Positions 1 to 14,755 of a stretch of 64,000 bases of DNA are shown piece by piece. Source of the DNA: Enoplolaimus lenunculus (lineage: Eukaryota). The stretch is taken from assembly GCA_030248215.1 (NCBI GenBank), contig JASANG010004131.1, positions 62,001-126,000 of the forward strand. The letters are read 5' to 3'. Position numbers and translations under genes: made by a program. Positions within the stretch are counted from its first letter, which is position 1. Each line of letters starts with the position of its first letter. The notes under the pieces were generated by a model, which saw only the letters and a program-made list of their open reading frames with translations, had not been told where the DNA came from and ran no database searches.

Positions 1-1258
1 ATAAGCGTCATAACGAACGTGATTAGCAACCAACGTCTGTTGCTCACCAACTTAAAACAATAAAGAACGCCGAATACGAAGCCGGTTTAGCAGCTTGCCT
101 GAAGTACCAGCAATAACCAGACCAGGTCATAGGTTATCTCTGAAATTCAGGTTTCGTACCCTGTAAATTGAAATAGGTCTATCATTAATCATAGTACTAT
201 TTGAATCGAAACCGCTATTCGTTGTAGTATTGTTGACAAATGACACCTAGACCTAGTTAAAGAATGGAGACCACGATTTTGCGGTATATTAACAGAACTA
301 TTTTACTTCTAATTTATTTTGTTGTCTGTCAGCTGTGGCATGATACACTCCCCCAGAAATTTCCAAGTTTTCATATTCTGGCATATTATAATGGTCCGAA
401 TAAAAGGGAAGAGGACTGATACTTATTTGACCTCTCAAGACGCCCCCCCTGTTATTCGGTTACGGTTACGGACTGCTATTTTTTTTAACTCATGCCCTGG
501 TACCCTTTGTTGTTGATATATATCCGGCACTATCCGTTGAATTAAACGTTTAATAGTCTTGTATCAAAAGTTTGAGCGATAATGCAATAGTTGTACTTTG
601 GAATGTTGTTTCAAAACTTAAGTATGCTTTAAAGTTGCGAACTCAACTTTATTTGATTAGGTACTTTATCCGTTTTACGGACTCCTATTCATTGATACTC
701 AAAATGGAGACCCCTCTTATTACCACGCTGTTCGGGTCAGTGCAGTAACTTAGAGTCAGGCTTTTGGATAAGCCTTAGGCTTAGGCACGCACTCTAATCG
801 CGCTGGAGAGAGTGTACAAGAACTTTCCTTTTCAACCACCAAAAATTTAACTGGATTCGTCCAACATCAGTTGGCGTTTGGATGGCCTGGCAACCAATTG
901 AACCAAATATATTTAAGACCAGGCCCGTAGCCAGCTCGCCTTGCTGATAGGGATAAATATATTTAGGAGGGGCATACATGGGTTTTCGTTGACTTAAAAG
1001 CAAAGTTTGAAAAATTTTGGGGGGCCAAAACTTTTCGGGCTGGGCGGGCGCTAAATCCTCCCTAGCTTCCTATTGCTACCGGCACACTGAAGACACGGAA
1101 TATATGTAACATCCGGTGCGCTACTTGAACCAATTAAAGTTTTAATTTGGTGTTGCCAAGAAAGAGACAAGTCTGTTGAATGTATTTGCTGAGTTGCCGT
1201 AAAACACTGGCCGATGAAGCGTGCCAAAAGCCGAACGCAATTTTAGTACGAAAATCAT

Positions 1259-1480
1259 GGCCCATGTATAGAACAGGGCCGGAACAGTAGTATAGGTATT
1301 TAGCATATTTCTAAGCCTAAGCCTAAGCCTATGCGTAACGATGAGCCTATTTCTAAGCCTAAGCCTAAGCCTAAGCTTAAGCATAAGCTTAAGCCTAAGC
1401 AAAAAATTTAATCTAAAGCTCAAACAGACTCTGTTACAGCCCCTCCGGAAAACGATCCAAGACTGTTCTATACATGGACC
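1259..1480. mobile_element. TTAGGC-containing MITE (GG..CC termini, 8-bp TSD; Merlin- or MULE-like)
   Basis: TIR GGCCCATGTATAGAACAG...CTGTTCTATACATGGACC, perfect TSD AAAATCAT, internal (GCCTAA)n. Confidence 0.9.
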
Positions 1481-3378
1481 AAAATCATAATATACCACGT
1501 TTTTGTGGTAATTCCTCTCGGTTCGCGTAACCAGTACGGTTGTAAGATCAAGTTTAGCTAAAAAATGATTATTTATATTTTAAATTTATTCAATGTTTGC
1601 TTGTAAGCGTTTGATTTTCAACAGTTAACCTACCGTACGTCCATTTTTAGACGAAATTCGTCCTCAAATTTGCGAAATATGACTAATCTTTCGAACATTG
1701 TCGATTTCTATTTCGCATCGACATTTTTTACAGCGTCGCACCCTCGAAATTTTTGCTGCATGGGGGCTGCAAGATGATTTTTTAGCGAAAACAACTCGCA
1801 AGCGAAGTAGGCGAAAAGCCAACAAATGATGCAACTTGATCCATTTTAATGTGAACAGAATTTGATTTTTTTAACTCCTGTTCATAAGGCAGCCAGCGCC
1901 CTTGGGTTCCGTCAGTTAGTGCTGAAATGCCTGTTTTACCGCTACTTAAATTAAAAATGCGAAGTTTTCACTGCTTTATATACTGAAATGTGAGTCACCG
2001 CTGTTGTTGTGATAAAAAATAACCTTACTTCTATTGCCAAACTTATACAGTATATTCAGCCCAGCAACCTGGAATTTTCACCAGAACGGATAAGTAGATT
2101 AAACTGTTGGGTGGGGGGGGGGTAGGGCAAGGAATATTTTCTTAAGATAGAACTCTTTTAATGCTGTGAAAAAATTGTCGATCGAAGGGTGCAATGATGT
2201 CTTTAGAAGAAGCTACACTTCTCACTCGCTCCTGGCGCCATGCCTGTAACTGCCGATCAATCGTCGACCGATAACTTGTCGCCCAACAGTGTCCCAAAAC
2301 AATAATAAGTCTAAGCATATTCCTAAACGTAATCCTAAGCCTAATCGTTAGCATAAACATAATGACGGTCGACGTGTTGTCGAGTCGACGAATAGTCGTG
2401 ATACCAATATAAAGATAGCAGTCTATGAAACGCTTGCAATGATTTTGGTTTTGAAATAGTCAGCCGTTTTTAGCACAAGAAAAAATTTGAAAATACAATT
2501 TTTGTTGCTTTCAGTTAGGCGATTTGCATTAAAACATTACCTAATTAGAAATATAAAACCCAAAAACGAGAATTCAAATACAAAATATTGCCAAATCAAC
2601 CAGGGCAAACAAATCCTAAGTCAAGGGTACAGGATTTAAGTGTCTGAAATGAAAGCGTCAAAAATTAAACCAAGATCTGACGAAATATTTCTTTTTCATC
2701 ATGCTTTATGTAAGGCCGGAGCAGCCAACCCCCATACCTCCATTTGGGGGTGGTCCCACATTAACGAGATACCCCCACTCTAACAGCTTTTAAATAAAAA
2801 TTTGGAAAAATATTTTGATCATCGCAAGGTTCGCCTATCCTGGAATTTTAGACCTGATCCGGCAATGTTAAGATGCTTCTAGGATTGAGAAGATTGGTCC
2901 TGAATCTAAACTTAAAGTCGAATTCTAAATCTAAGACATCTATAGACCAGTCACTTCTCGCGGTATACCTAACATAATCTTTGGCTGTTAGGTGCATTAC
3001 AATATGCTAATGAATATACCAAAGAAACCAACACATATTTCGTTTTTCGTTCGCATCGCTTGTTAAACAAACGTGAGGGCACATAGCTGCTGCGCGCCAG
3101 GGGGGCTCAGCGTAGGTACCTTCAAAACATTTGGCCTCCCTAGAAAAATTTCAATTTCAACGTTCCTTATAAGTAACCGAAAACCCTTGTATGCCTGTCC
3201 AGAAAAACATTTAGCTTCCCTAGCAAGGTGAGCTAGTTACGAACCTGCAAACATAGTTGTACACTGGATCAGTACATTATTCTGTCCGTTGTATAACGGA
3301 TGCCTCTTTCAACCTGGACATATGCCAAAAGTATCCCACCACGAATTCCCTGACATGAAAATCCTCGATACATCGGTA

Positions 3379-3826
3379 CTGTAGCGATCCGAATAAGAGG
3401 GGATGGGCTGATATTTATTTGGCCTTTCCAGAGGGTACCAGCCTTGTTATTCGGTTACGGACTGTTATTTATTTTTAACCCACGCTCCGCCATCCGTCGT
3501 TACTGATATACATCGGGTACTGCAACTATCCGATAAATTAAACGTTTATTTGTCTTGCGTCGATAGCTTGAGCGATCATGCAAGGTTATACTTAAGAATG
3601 TTACATTCAAAATTTAAGTACGCGTTAAAGATACGAACTCAATTTTATTTGGTCCTGGAGTCATTTATGCACTACAATTAATAACTGACCTTCATGGACT
3701 CTAATTATGATTTAGGGACTCTATCCGCTTGCGGACTCTTATTATGGATACGGACTCCTATTGATTGAGACACAAAATAGGGACCCCCTTTTATTACCCC
3801 ACACCCTCTTATTCGGGTCACTACAG
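3379..3826. mobile_element. Tc1/mariner-type MITE
   Basis: TA|CTGTAGCGATCCGAATAAGAG...CTCTTATTCGGGTCACTACAG|TA. Related copies at ~385-747, ~10175-10520 (inverted) and ~22945-23090. Confidence 0.8.
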
Positions 3827-4416
3827 TACTCTGACAAAATATTGCAATTGTTTCGATTTGCGTAATTGCGAGATTGGCTGGCACCGAGTTAAGCAATTTT
3901 ATTTACCAACTTGACAAATAACGTCTCAAAATGCAATAATTAAACGCTAAGAAAACATTTGATACGTTGCTGGTGATTATGTAACTTTCAACTGACAAAT
4001 ACAGGGTGTCAGTTTTAAATTCTGCCGCTCTGGGGGTCTTCGACATGTTTAAGCCGATCTTTTGTGAGTATTTTTGACCCGCACAGTAAGCGATAAGTGT
4101 AATGTTCGGTATTGTATTACCCGGACAAATTAATATAGAATGTGGGACAGTAGCAGACACGAAAGCCTAAGTCTAAGCGTAGGAATGAGAATGAGCTAAT
4201 ACCTAAGCCTAAACCTAAGTCTAAAAACGATAAAAAATTAGTCTAAAGAAAAAGCTTTACTCTACCGGAGTTCCGCAGAAAAACGGATGACGCCTGATCT
4301 TTACATGGGCCGGTCAAACTTGTACAATGTCTAGTTGTTTCCGATTGAACCTGAATGGTTTTTGTCGACGCAGATAAAGTAGTGAACATTTTTTTGGTTT
4401 CTTTATTGTATACATA

Positions 4417-4626
4417 CACTGCAAAAAATGGTGAGTCAAATTGACTCTCTCCGAAATAGGCTCTACGGGACTACACAAACTGAGCCAAATTCGACTCCAA
4501 TAGAATCAAATTTGACTCGCTAAATCGCACGTTTGACTCTGGTGGAGTCGAATTTTGACTCAGTTTGTGTAGTCCCGTAGAGCATATTTCGGAGGGAGTC
4601 AATTTGACTCACCATTTTTTGCAGTG
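4417..4626. mobile_element. Palindromic CACTG-ended MITE (CACTA/EnSpm-like, 2-bp TSD)
   Basis: Near-complete palindrome CACTGCAAAAAATGGTGAGTCAAATTGACTC..., flanked by TA. Confidence 0.85.
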
Positions 4627-4749
4627 TAACTGAAACTGCGATAGCTACAATTTTCGAGTTAACACTTTCAGCCACAACTGCGTCCATGTGCTTGAAATGA
4701 TTTAATCTTCAATTGTCTCGGCACAGAGCGCTTAATGTGTTTTTGTTGT

Positions 4750-4892
4750 GGCCCATGTAAGCATCAGGAGCGGGACGTTTTTCTATAGGACTAGCAAAGA
4801 GTAAAAGCTTAAGCTTTAGACAATTTTTTTTGCTTGGCTTAGGCTTAGGCCTAGGTTTAGGCTTAGGAATGTTGGTCCCCGTTACATTGGCC
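4750..4892. mobile_element. TTAGGC-containing MITE
   Basis: GGCCCATGTAA...TTACATTGGCC ends, internal (TTAGGC)n. Confidence 0.8.
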
Positions 4893-6414
4893 GTTGTCGG
4901 CGACGTTTGTCACATCTTTCAAAACAGAGACAGTTTCAAGTTCAAGCAAATTGTTCAAATGCGATGACTCTTCACTTCAACGTCACAAAATTTTATGATG
5001 AACTGTAACATTTTTTGCAGATAAATTATTTCCTAATTTCTTCCGTTTTAATACAAAAAATGAAAAAATAAAAGTTCTCAAATTTCAAATTTTTCAATTT
5101 TTTTGAAATGAAATTTTGCAATCTGTTATGATATTAACTTTTTACGAAATGCTCGTGCAGTGATGGCTCAAGAAATTTTTGATCGGAGATGTCTCGTAAT
5201 CTATGCCAGTGAAGAAAGCTTGCGAGTGAAGGTATGGGGAAAAGCCAAACGCGGTTTGAGCCCTAAATATTTATACTACATTTTAATTTTGTTCCCTGCT
5301 GGGGGGGAAATCAAAGTCTGTGATTCTCCCCCCAGTGGGCTCACGTTACTTTCGGGACGAGCTGTCAATTTTGAAATGTTTCTTTAAACTTTTACATAAC
5401 CAAACAGCAGAGTATCGAAATATTGACGGCAAATTTTGATATATATTGTTATACTTGAAAGTATGCGTTCATAAGTGTTTCATATTTTATGGTGCAAAAA
5501 TTTTCAAAATCCGACTATTTTTGAGCAAACTCCAGCGGACAGGTAATAATGAACCGAAAACACCTAAGACAACAACCACACGGTCGTTTATAGCCCGTTT
5601 TAAGTTTACTTGTCGCCGTTTACTCATAGTAAAAAAATCTCGTAGCAACAACAGGCATAATCGTACCAGTTATGCAAAGAGTAAAATTTAAGCTGTTTTT
5701 CACTGAAATTTGAATTATTTAAAAATTATCAAACGCGAAAAGATGATTTGTTTGTCAAAAATAAACTTTTCTATCAAATCTTAAGATAACGAGAGGAGCG
5801 GATAAATAAATATCCGTTAAACTGCAGCTGTCCGCGATATAATTTTAGTCAATTTTGGCTACCGTTTTGGTGGTATAAAAAATATGACAGCCATAGCAAA
5901 TAATTTTAAAAATACATTTTTTAACATTTTTTTTACATTAAATTGACATCGCATTTTGTTGAAATTTCTGTCAAACCAGTTTGTAATTTCATTTTGGAAA
6001 ACACGATTATATGATAAGTTTTCGATCAATTACCAGTGATAAACGGAATATCATATTTTTGAGACGACATGATTTGCGCTATTTTACTATCGAACTTTAA
6101 ACTTAAAATGAAAAACGACATCAAATTGGGTTCAATAAGACAATTTTTAGCATATTTTTGTATATTATTCACTGTGTTAATACTGGTGCTTCGTTTCAGG
6201 GGCCGTAATATGCAAATGATCGCACAAAGATGTGGTCGAAACCCAACAGAATTTCTAAACGAAAACTTTGTAAAGCAATCATTTAATGCTAAAATTGCGT
6301 TTGGCTTCTCGTTCGGTTTGCTCGCCATGCTTCTTGCACTTTCTCGTTTTTTTGCACCGGCTATTGCGCCACTGAATATGTCGAATATTAGAGGGCCGCA
6401 TCCATACTTTTAAC

Positions 6415-6617
6415 GGCAAATGTTACTTTAAGGAGCGTAACCGTACATTAAGCGTATTCCTAAGCCAAAGCCTAAGCCTAAGCGTTGCAAAAATGTGTTC
6501 CTAAGCCTAAGCCTAAGCCTAAGCCTACGCCTAAGCAAAAAAATGTAATCTAAAATCTAAACGTGCTCTTTTATGTACCCACCAGAAACCTGGACGCCTC
6601 TTGAAGTAACATGGACC
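6415..6617. mobile_element. TTAGGC-containing MITE (GTTACTTT subfamily)
   Basis: GGCAAATGTTACTTT...GAAGTAACATGGACC ends, (GCCTAA)n, CCCACCAGAAACCTGGACGCC core. Confidence 0.8.
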
Positions 6618-9270
6618 GTGCATAATCTCTTACCGTCAGGGGTTTGACTCGACCAGTTTTACCGGCGGTCAATTCCTCTTTGATCGGTTTTTTTCAGCTT
6701 CACATTATACACTGTGACAAACGTTTTCTGATTAGCCACAGCTTACACTACACTTGGCATAGACGTAAAATATTTCGAGCTGAGAAATCAGTGGTGCAGC
6801 GGCAAGAAGGGGAGGTCGAGAGGTACCCCCGGTCCGTCCAATTTTTTAATTCAAGTAGTTAGAAAAGTTTGTATCAAATAGAATGAAGCGAAAACCATGG
6901 TAAAATTATCAAATTTTTTCAACGCGGACTGGTCCGATCATTACGATTTGATCGCTTTTCGGCATATTCTGCATAAACGACTGCGGTATATTATAGTCTC
7001 AAAAAATAGTTAAAAAAAACGTGTCGCCACAATTTATGAGTTTAATTTTAATTTTAAATTGTTCGCTTGTCCGACTGCCTTGTCCATTTGAGAAAAACTA
7101 CTTGAGCAACTTTTGATTTATTATAACCACTTAGTAGGTGCATTATTTTAATGATGTTTTTATGTAAAACTTTCGCACGTTTTATGAAACCATATTTCTG
7201 GTTTTGTTGTAAATATAATTTTGCCTTAGGAATCGTGGAAAGCGGTTTGGTTGATGACGTGCGGACTAAGCAATGACGTGTAGCAGCCGTACGGTGAAAG
7301 TTGCTGGAAGGGCGGAGACAGTCTGTCCTCTGGGATGAGTTGTGCTTATAAGTCTTGCTTTATTTGTTGAATTTACGAGTCTAATTAAAAATATAAGGCT
7401 CATTGCAGTACCGAGGTGAACGTCGCCCATCTCCCCTAATGGGCCCCAGGGACCTCACTTTCATTGAACCAACTGATGTTTAGGGACACTCGTTAAAATC
7501 AAACCGAATGCTGGTTATTATGAAACCCTCTTCAAAACTATTTCAGTAAATTTAGCTTTTTCAATAATAAAGTGCTTAGTGATGTGGGTTTGGGGGAAGC
7601 CGCAGCTCGCTATCCTCCTTAGTATCTCTTCAAATGGTATCGTGTGCATGGGAGCGGCAGCCCTCTTGAAAAAATAACGCAAAATTGACGGAAAATTTTA
7701 GCACTAAAAACTGGTTTTTAAAACAGGAAAACAAAACATTTTTATGTTGTAAGTTAAAAAGTTTCCCCCCGCATTTACGTAGTGCCGCGAGAATCTACAA
7801 AAATGCCACCAGAAAAACACACTTCTACTTCTGCGGCTTTATGCAAGTCTGTTGGTGCAACATTTAGTCCATTTTCGAACTATTTGGACGACAAATTTCT
7901 TTGGAACCTGCAACTGAGCAGGTTATTCCAAAGCTTGTATAAGTGCCGTTTTTCTCGCCTATCGCTAAAATTGTCCGTGGAAAATAATTTAGGGCTCAAC
8001 CGGATATCTGACTCCGCCAAAAAATCGACATCCGGTTACCGCTCCGGGCTTATAACGTGCCTGATATTTGTTCTGAAAATCTTCAAAAAATTGAATTTTG
8101 TAGTTTATTTTTAACTGAATTGTGTATGTTTATGTTACTGAAGCGGGTTAACAGTCAAAAAAATTTATGCATTTAAACGTGTTGATTGCAAATTTCAAAA
8201 CTCAATTATTAAAATCTGACGCGTTTTTTGCTACAAAAACCATGTGTACACTAAATATCCGGTTCCGGCTCCGGTATTTTTTGGTATCCGGTTGAACTCT
8301 CGAAAATATATCTATGTATATTAGCGCCGATGTCAAAAATTGTTGGAAAACCGAGCAAGCAGATGAAACGGCGAACAAATTTTGTAACATTCTTTTGATG
8401 CTTAAGAATATTTCTGGTTTACTATTGGCGAAGATGTTCAAACGAAGCAACGCTCGCGCTCCGTAATCTCACCCCGCGCTCTGTAATCTCACCCCGTCCA
8501 AAATTGTCACCGTGTTGTCTGAGATTCTGTTGCGGTCGTTATTCAGTTGAACTCCTGTTAGAAAATGACTATGACTCATCGACGTTTACCGAGAGAGTGG
8601 ACCGACTACCACGACGATTTTGGAAAAAACAAAAAAGTTTGAGAAAAGGCAAAATTAATATTATCGTTTTGTGCAGGTACAGAGCAAACTTGACGAATGA
8701 CTCAACTACTGTGGGTCGTCACCCACAACCACAATAAAAATGTCATATTTAATTAATAATTATAATATGTTTGAAATATATTTTCAATTTTTTTAAACAA
8801 TGTTTAAAATGATAACAATAAAAAAAATTGGAAATTATTTAATTGTCCAATCCTCCAGTTAGATCCGCAATTACGGCAACGGGCGGCAAGGTGGATGACT
8901 TTTCTGGTCACATATTGCGGAACCTTAAGCCCATAAAATTATTTTTGCTACAGCGTCGAAAGAATTCTACGTTACATGAGACAATGCCATCTCGTTCATC
9001 GTTTTGGCCTTATCAGCAATTGATTTCTGGGCTTAATACCAGATTGCCAAGCTGTGCAGTAAGATCTCTAATTTTCGGTTCTAGATGGAACCACATCCGT
9101 AAAATGTAATACTGTTTTTTGTATTTTAGTAGAGAACGGGCGTAAATTACAAAATTCGCTCAACCTCATTAATAACATTTTGCACGAGGGGTATATACAA
9201 CAGGGTTTTAATCCGTGAATATATACCTCTGAAATTCATGTAGGTATAAAAACAAAACCAAATGTTTTGA

Positions 9271-9506
9271 GGGTTGCGCTACACCTTTTGACGTGTGGCG
9301 CCGTCCGTCACCCATACGGTACCATCCGGCACCATCCGTCACCCGTACGGCGCCGTCCGTCACCCGTGCGGCGCCGTCCGTCACCCGTGCGGTATCGTAG
9401 GCAAATAACGCACGTACGATAACGTATGATAACGGACGGTGACGGAACACGCGTAACGGTGACGCACGGTGACGGACGGCGCCGGACGTTATGTATAGCG
9501 TAATTC
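9271..9506. mobile_element. GC-rich palindromic Harbinger-like MITE with internal 21-bp repeats
   Basis: Same GGCGCCGTCCGTCACCC units as 36454, expanded in tandem. Confidence 0.7.
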
Positions 9507-10531
9507 TTACCCGATAACTACCACCGTAGCGAAAAGTGTAAACATAAACCTATGCCTAAGCCTAAGCATAAAACCTGAAATTCGTTCTTTCTACGCCCTT
9601 GAGCCTTGGATTGTTCTAAACTACTTAAGCTGTATTTGTGCAATCTGCATTTGAAACAAAAACATAAATAAAGCACGGTGTTGTATAGTTACGCCTCCGT
9701 CATTAATAATTGCATCTGCGCGTGCAAAAAGCATTTATCATTTTCTTCACTCGATTGCACTTTGTACACAAGTTCATGTTTGCATTTTATCTTGCGCTGA
9801 TGCAAATTTTGCCGGCGCCTAAAGTTGCAGTTTACAGATTAATATAATTTGTTTATAAGCTTTGCTATTGATATATGTTTTCAATTTTGCTTAAGCTAAC
9901 GGTCGCTGTTTTGTGGCTTTGTTAGAGTTGTTTAATTGCTAGCTACTATTTTTCTTTACTTTTGGTTGGTTTAACGTTGTTTTCTGAGCTGCGCAGCTGA
10001 AAGGTTTAGGATTGAACTTTGGGCTTTGAAACAATACTGATCCGGTCGAAATCCAGCAGTAGTACGACCAAATAGTCACGTTAACTCATGTGACTTTAAT
10101 TCAACACATAGTCAATTGACCTCAGTAATGTCCTAACGCCATGTCGAAATTGGTATTGTAGTTGTAATAAATGCTGTAGTGACCCGAACAAAACGGTTGG
10201 GAATAAGAGGTGGTCCCTATTTTGAGTTCCAATCAATAGTAGTCCGTATAACTAATGAGTACGTAAGCGGATAGAGTTCCTAGACTCTGATTAGAGTTTA
10301 TAAATGTCAATTATCTCTAATTGTAGTGCTTAACTGACTCCAGACCATCTTATAGTTGAGTTCGAAACTTTAAAGCATGCTTTAGTTTTGAACGTACATT
10401 CTGAAGTATTTTTTGATACGAGACAAATAAACGTTTAATTCAACGGATAGTTGCAATACCGGATATTTATCACTAACGAAGGGCGGCGGAGGGCTGGTTA
10501 TAAATAAATAACAGTCCGTATATATCGTTTT

Positions 10532-10731
10532 GGCCCATGTAAACATCTGGGGTGGAACGTTTTTCTGTCGGACTAGAATAGAGTAAGCTTAAGCTTTAGA
10601 CTCATTTTTGTTAGGCTTAGGCTTAGCCTTAGACTTAGAAATATGCTCATTCTTACGCTTAAACTTAAGCTTAGGCTTAGGTTTAGGAATATGCTTATAA
10701 TACTGTTCCGCCCCTGTTCTTTACATTGGCC
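10532..10731. mobile_element. TTAGGC-containing MITE
   Basis: GGCCCATGTAAA...TTTACATTGGCC, perfect TSD ATCGTTTT. Confidence 0.9.
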
Positions 10732-11813
10732 ATCGTTTTTATAGTATTCATTACACATTGTAACAGACTGAAACTGCCGTACCGAGTAACTTAACGCGAA
10801 CTATAGTACTGATGAAAAAAAGCTAAAAACATTTAAAATATTTAAATTTTCCAAAATATATAAGCTTTAAATTCGAGATCTTAACTCGCTAAAGCAATAT
10901 TGTTTATGCTGTATTTAAAATCGTGTTCAATGCTTCTTATTGTTGCATTACCTACTTTCTGAAGTTGTTAGCCCCATAGCCCTTTAGAAAATAAAAAGGA
11001 CTAATTTTGTATTAGGCAGTGCCACAGTTTATATTAAAGTATTTAGGCTTAATTGCGTCTTTGTTCAAAGTAATTATCAATTGCACACAAATACTGAAGA
11101 TATGAGTCAGTGAGTTACCTTGCATTTTTTGGGCCAACTGAAAATTGGTATGCAAGCAATATGATTAATTAGGCCGTGTTTGATTGCACTATTGCAAAAT
11201 ATGAAACGTTTGACTTCGGCAAACTTGGATGAAAACTATGCTGGAACGTTTTTCTGAGGTACTGGAATAGAGTAAGCTAAAGCTTTAGACTGTTTTTGCT
11301 TGACCCAGGCTTAGGCTTAGTTTTTAGACTAAGGTATAAACGCATTCTTACGCTTAGGTTTAGGCTTAGGCTAAGGTATATAAACTCATTCTTACGCCTA
11401 GGCTTAGGCTAAGGTATATAAGCTCACTCTTACGCCTAGGCTTAGGCTTAGGAATCTGCTTATACTACTGTTCTGTTTGTTCTTTACATTGGGTCCGATC
11501 TTGTATGCTTTATTGACACCTCTACCATGTTGCTAACATCGATAAAAATGAAAATTTTTGTCACAATCAGTTTTCGCAAGTCTCTGCGCCTGTGTCGTAT
11601 TTTCAATAATTTTTCGAAAAATTTACATCAAACCAGGCCCAGCCAGAAAGAACACTTTATTGTGTTAAAAATATTATTTTTGAAAAATTGGGGAAATTTA
11701 AAAATACCATCCAGTACCCGGTGGCTAGACAAGCACCGTAGGTGGTGCTGGTATGGTGTATAAAATGCAAATCGTCACCGAGGTTCACATGCAAGGCTCG
11801 TTTTGAGAAATCT

Positions 11814-12141
<328 letters not shown>

Positions 12142-12434
12142 TTTTCGTTTTTGTGCCAGCTCTCAAAATGACAAATAATGGACGATTCAAAAGTTGTATA
12201 ATCACTTTTACTTGTATTATTTACATCAATAATGTCGAAAAAAATGTGTATTTTAACTTTTTTCATAGTAACTCTGGTGCCATTAACGTATTCTGGATTT
12301 TGGAGAACGGGTTACGTTCTATAATTATTTCACAGAGGGTTTGGTCTAAAACCTTTTGGCAAAAATTTGCAAAGGGGTTTGACCCCTGCACATTAACACC
12401 CTGGCTACGCTCTTGTCTTGTGCACAAAAATTTT

Positions 12435-12632
12435 GGTCCATGTTACTTTTAAGGGGCGTCCAGGTTTCTGGTGGGTCTATAAAATAGTAGGTTTAGATTC
12501 TAGATTACATTTTTTTGCTTAGGCTTAGGCTTAGGCTTAGAATTAGGCTTAGGCTTAGGAACTCGTTTTTGCAACGCTTAGGCTTAGGAATACGCTTAAT
12601 CTACTGTTACTCGCCTTATAGTAACATTGGCC
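12435..12632. mobile_element. TTAGGC-containing MITE (GTTACTTT subfamily)
   Basis: GGTCCATGTTAC...GTAACATTGGCC, (TTAGGC)n. Confidence 0.85.
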
Positions 12633-14628
12633 AAATGTTTTTCAAAATTTATACTTTACAACTAATGTTAGAAACTTGATCCTTGCTAGTGCATCGAACT
12701 GACCGATAGTTTTAAATTGGTGGTCATTTACATTAGTAGATATGTTTGATTTTAGTTTTGGTTTTAAACCAGAATAAAGTTTGGAATTCTTGTACACTTC
12801 AAGCCTAAATCTAAGCCTACGCCTAGACCTAAACGTAAATCTCAAAAGAAAACCTAATAAGCGTGTGTTTAATCGTAAGCCAAGGTGTGTGCCAAAATCA
12901 ACGTTAAATTCCACGGATGGGGGTTTAAAAGAGCCATCGAAGATTCTCATTGTATGTCTGATGAGTTGAGCCCTTTTTATTGCAAAACATTTCTTGCTAC
13001 AGTTCGGCATTTATGGTTACCAACTCTTTTATAAACTTATCACTAACTAAAGAAGAGTCATTGGTGCCGCATGAATAGGGCTAAAGCTACGAGGGGAGCG
13101 TTAAATGGAACCTGCCTTCTGCGTACCCCGTCCCCTCCTGTGGACCAAAAATGTTTCTACAGCACCGATGAAATTTGACGTCACCCTCTACCATCTATAA
13201 AAATGTTATTGCACATTCTTCTATTAATTTCTGGTTGTGGGGGTTAAATATGCCGCTGGAAATACAGCGTTTATACTTAGGACTGGTTCAAATCCTAATT
13301 ATATTAACAGGTAATTTTTAACTATTGATTCATGTCCCGTACCCAGGTTTAAAAATTATGTTTCGCTTAAAATTAGGGTTTTGTTTAGGCTTAGACTCAA
13401 ACTGAAGTTTTGCAAAACTTAATTTTCGCGTATTGAATGAACTATTTTGTCATTTTCAAGGTATGGGTGGCATTGAAGAACTAATTTTCGTTCTTATTCG
13501 ATCGCAATCCAAAATGTTGTCATCAGGTAATTATGAAACTTAGAATGAACCTAATATTAATGTACCAAGCATAGCCAGGGTAGGTTAGGTGCCATCAAAC
13601 CATGGAGGCACCGAATCTACGATTGGACCGAATCCGAAGCTATTGCTAATTTGCTGAATCCGAATACGAATCCGGATCTTGCATGATGCAAATTTCAGTT
13701 ATATTTATAATTTGTTATCTAATACAAAAATTGGTAATTAATATAACAAGGTTTTTAAAATTTTTATTGTTTAAAACTGAAAGAACATATTACTCAATAC
13801 TGTTGGATTCGGCTTTTCACAGCGAAACCGAATCCGAATCCGAACCACAAGTTTTTGCCAAATACTAATCCGAACCTGTCTTTCCACCATGCATCGAACC
13901 CCTCGTTGCGATTTTAATCCTGATGTTCGTTCCACGGAACTTTTCTCGTTGTTAGGAGTTCCCCATTGAAATTTGTACAAAATGTAACCCATTTCATTTC
14001 GCTACATAATTTCATATATGTTGTTTAGTTGGGCCCCAGTTTGAAACACTGTTCAGACTGCAGTTGAAAATTATTATTTAGTTTAATGATAAAGTAGAAA
14101 CAAGTTTAACATAATAGTATGCAGTGTTTTTCATTTCATTTTACAGACGGTCAAAATTGAAAATTAATTTTAGCTACAGACACACTGGCATCAGGCTATC
14201 GTGAGTTGGCTGAATTTCAGTACTTTTTTCGAATCACCCAGCAATCCAGTGGCAGATGCAAAGTTATTTGTTAAGGGTTCGTTTTACTTATGCGAGGTTC
14301 ACGTTATAACTGGGGCAGCTCATTGAATATACACCACAGGAGTGAACAGTTTTTATGATGCAGAATAGACAGCATATAAACTGGTAAGAATTCATCAATT
14401 TTTTTACCAAAAAATATGTATGTCGGGTCAGGCCCCTGTTGCCCTTTTGATTCGCTTCTGTACTTATTTTTATGGCCAGCAAAAGTTGTATATGGGTTGG
14501 TGAATAAATCGCTTGCGAACCGATTCAAGTGCTATGCAGTGGCGGATCCAGAAATAGCTGATTGGACAGACCGTGCGATATATATTAGTGAAAAAAAACT
14601 CGCGAGTAAACTGAGTGAAAAGCCAACC

Positions 14629-14755
14629 CAGGCCTGTAGCCAGCTCACCTTGCTGGGGGGGGTCAAAAATTTTTCAGGAGTGGTATTTAAGGGTTTTCAA
14701 TGACTTATAAGCACGATTGAAAATCTTCTGGGGGGGCAACTTGGCTACGGGTCCG
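14629..14755. mobile_element. hAT-type MITE (CAGGCCCGTAGCCA family)
   Basis: CAGGCCTGTAGCCAG...TTGGCTACGGGTCCG, perfect 8-bp TSD AGCCAACC. Many further copies, e.g. ~920, 3090, 17422, 19025, 33904, 51155. Confidence 0.85.

Noticed and set aside
1142..1498. ORFs with LRLRLR / LSLSLS runs (also 10573, 12642, 45114, 45139, 53550, 56405)
   Set aside because: Translations of (TTAGGC)n inside MITEs.
13300..14210. Scattered acceptor/donor pairs suggesting small exons (e.g. 14147-14200)
   Set aside because: No coherent reading frame or recognisable protein. A non-coding transcript cannot be excluded.
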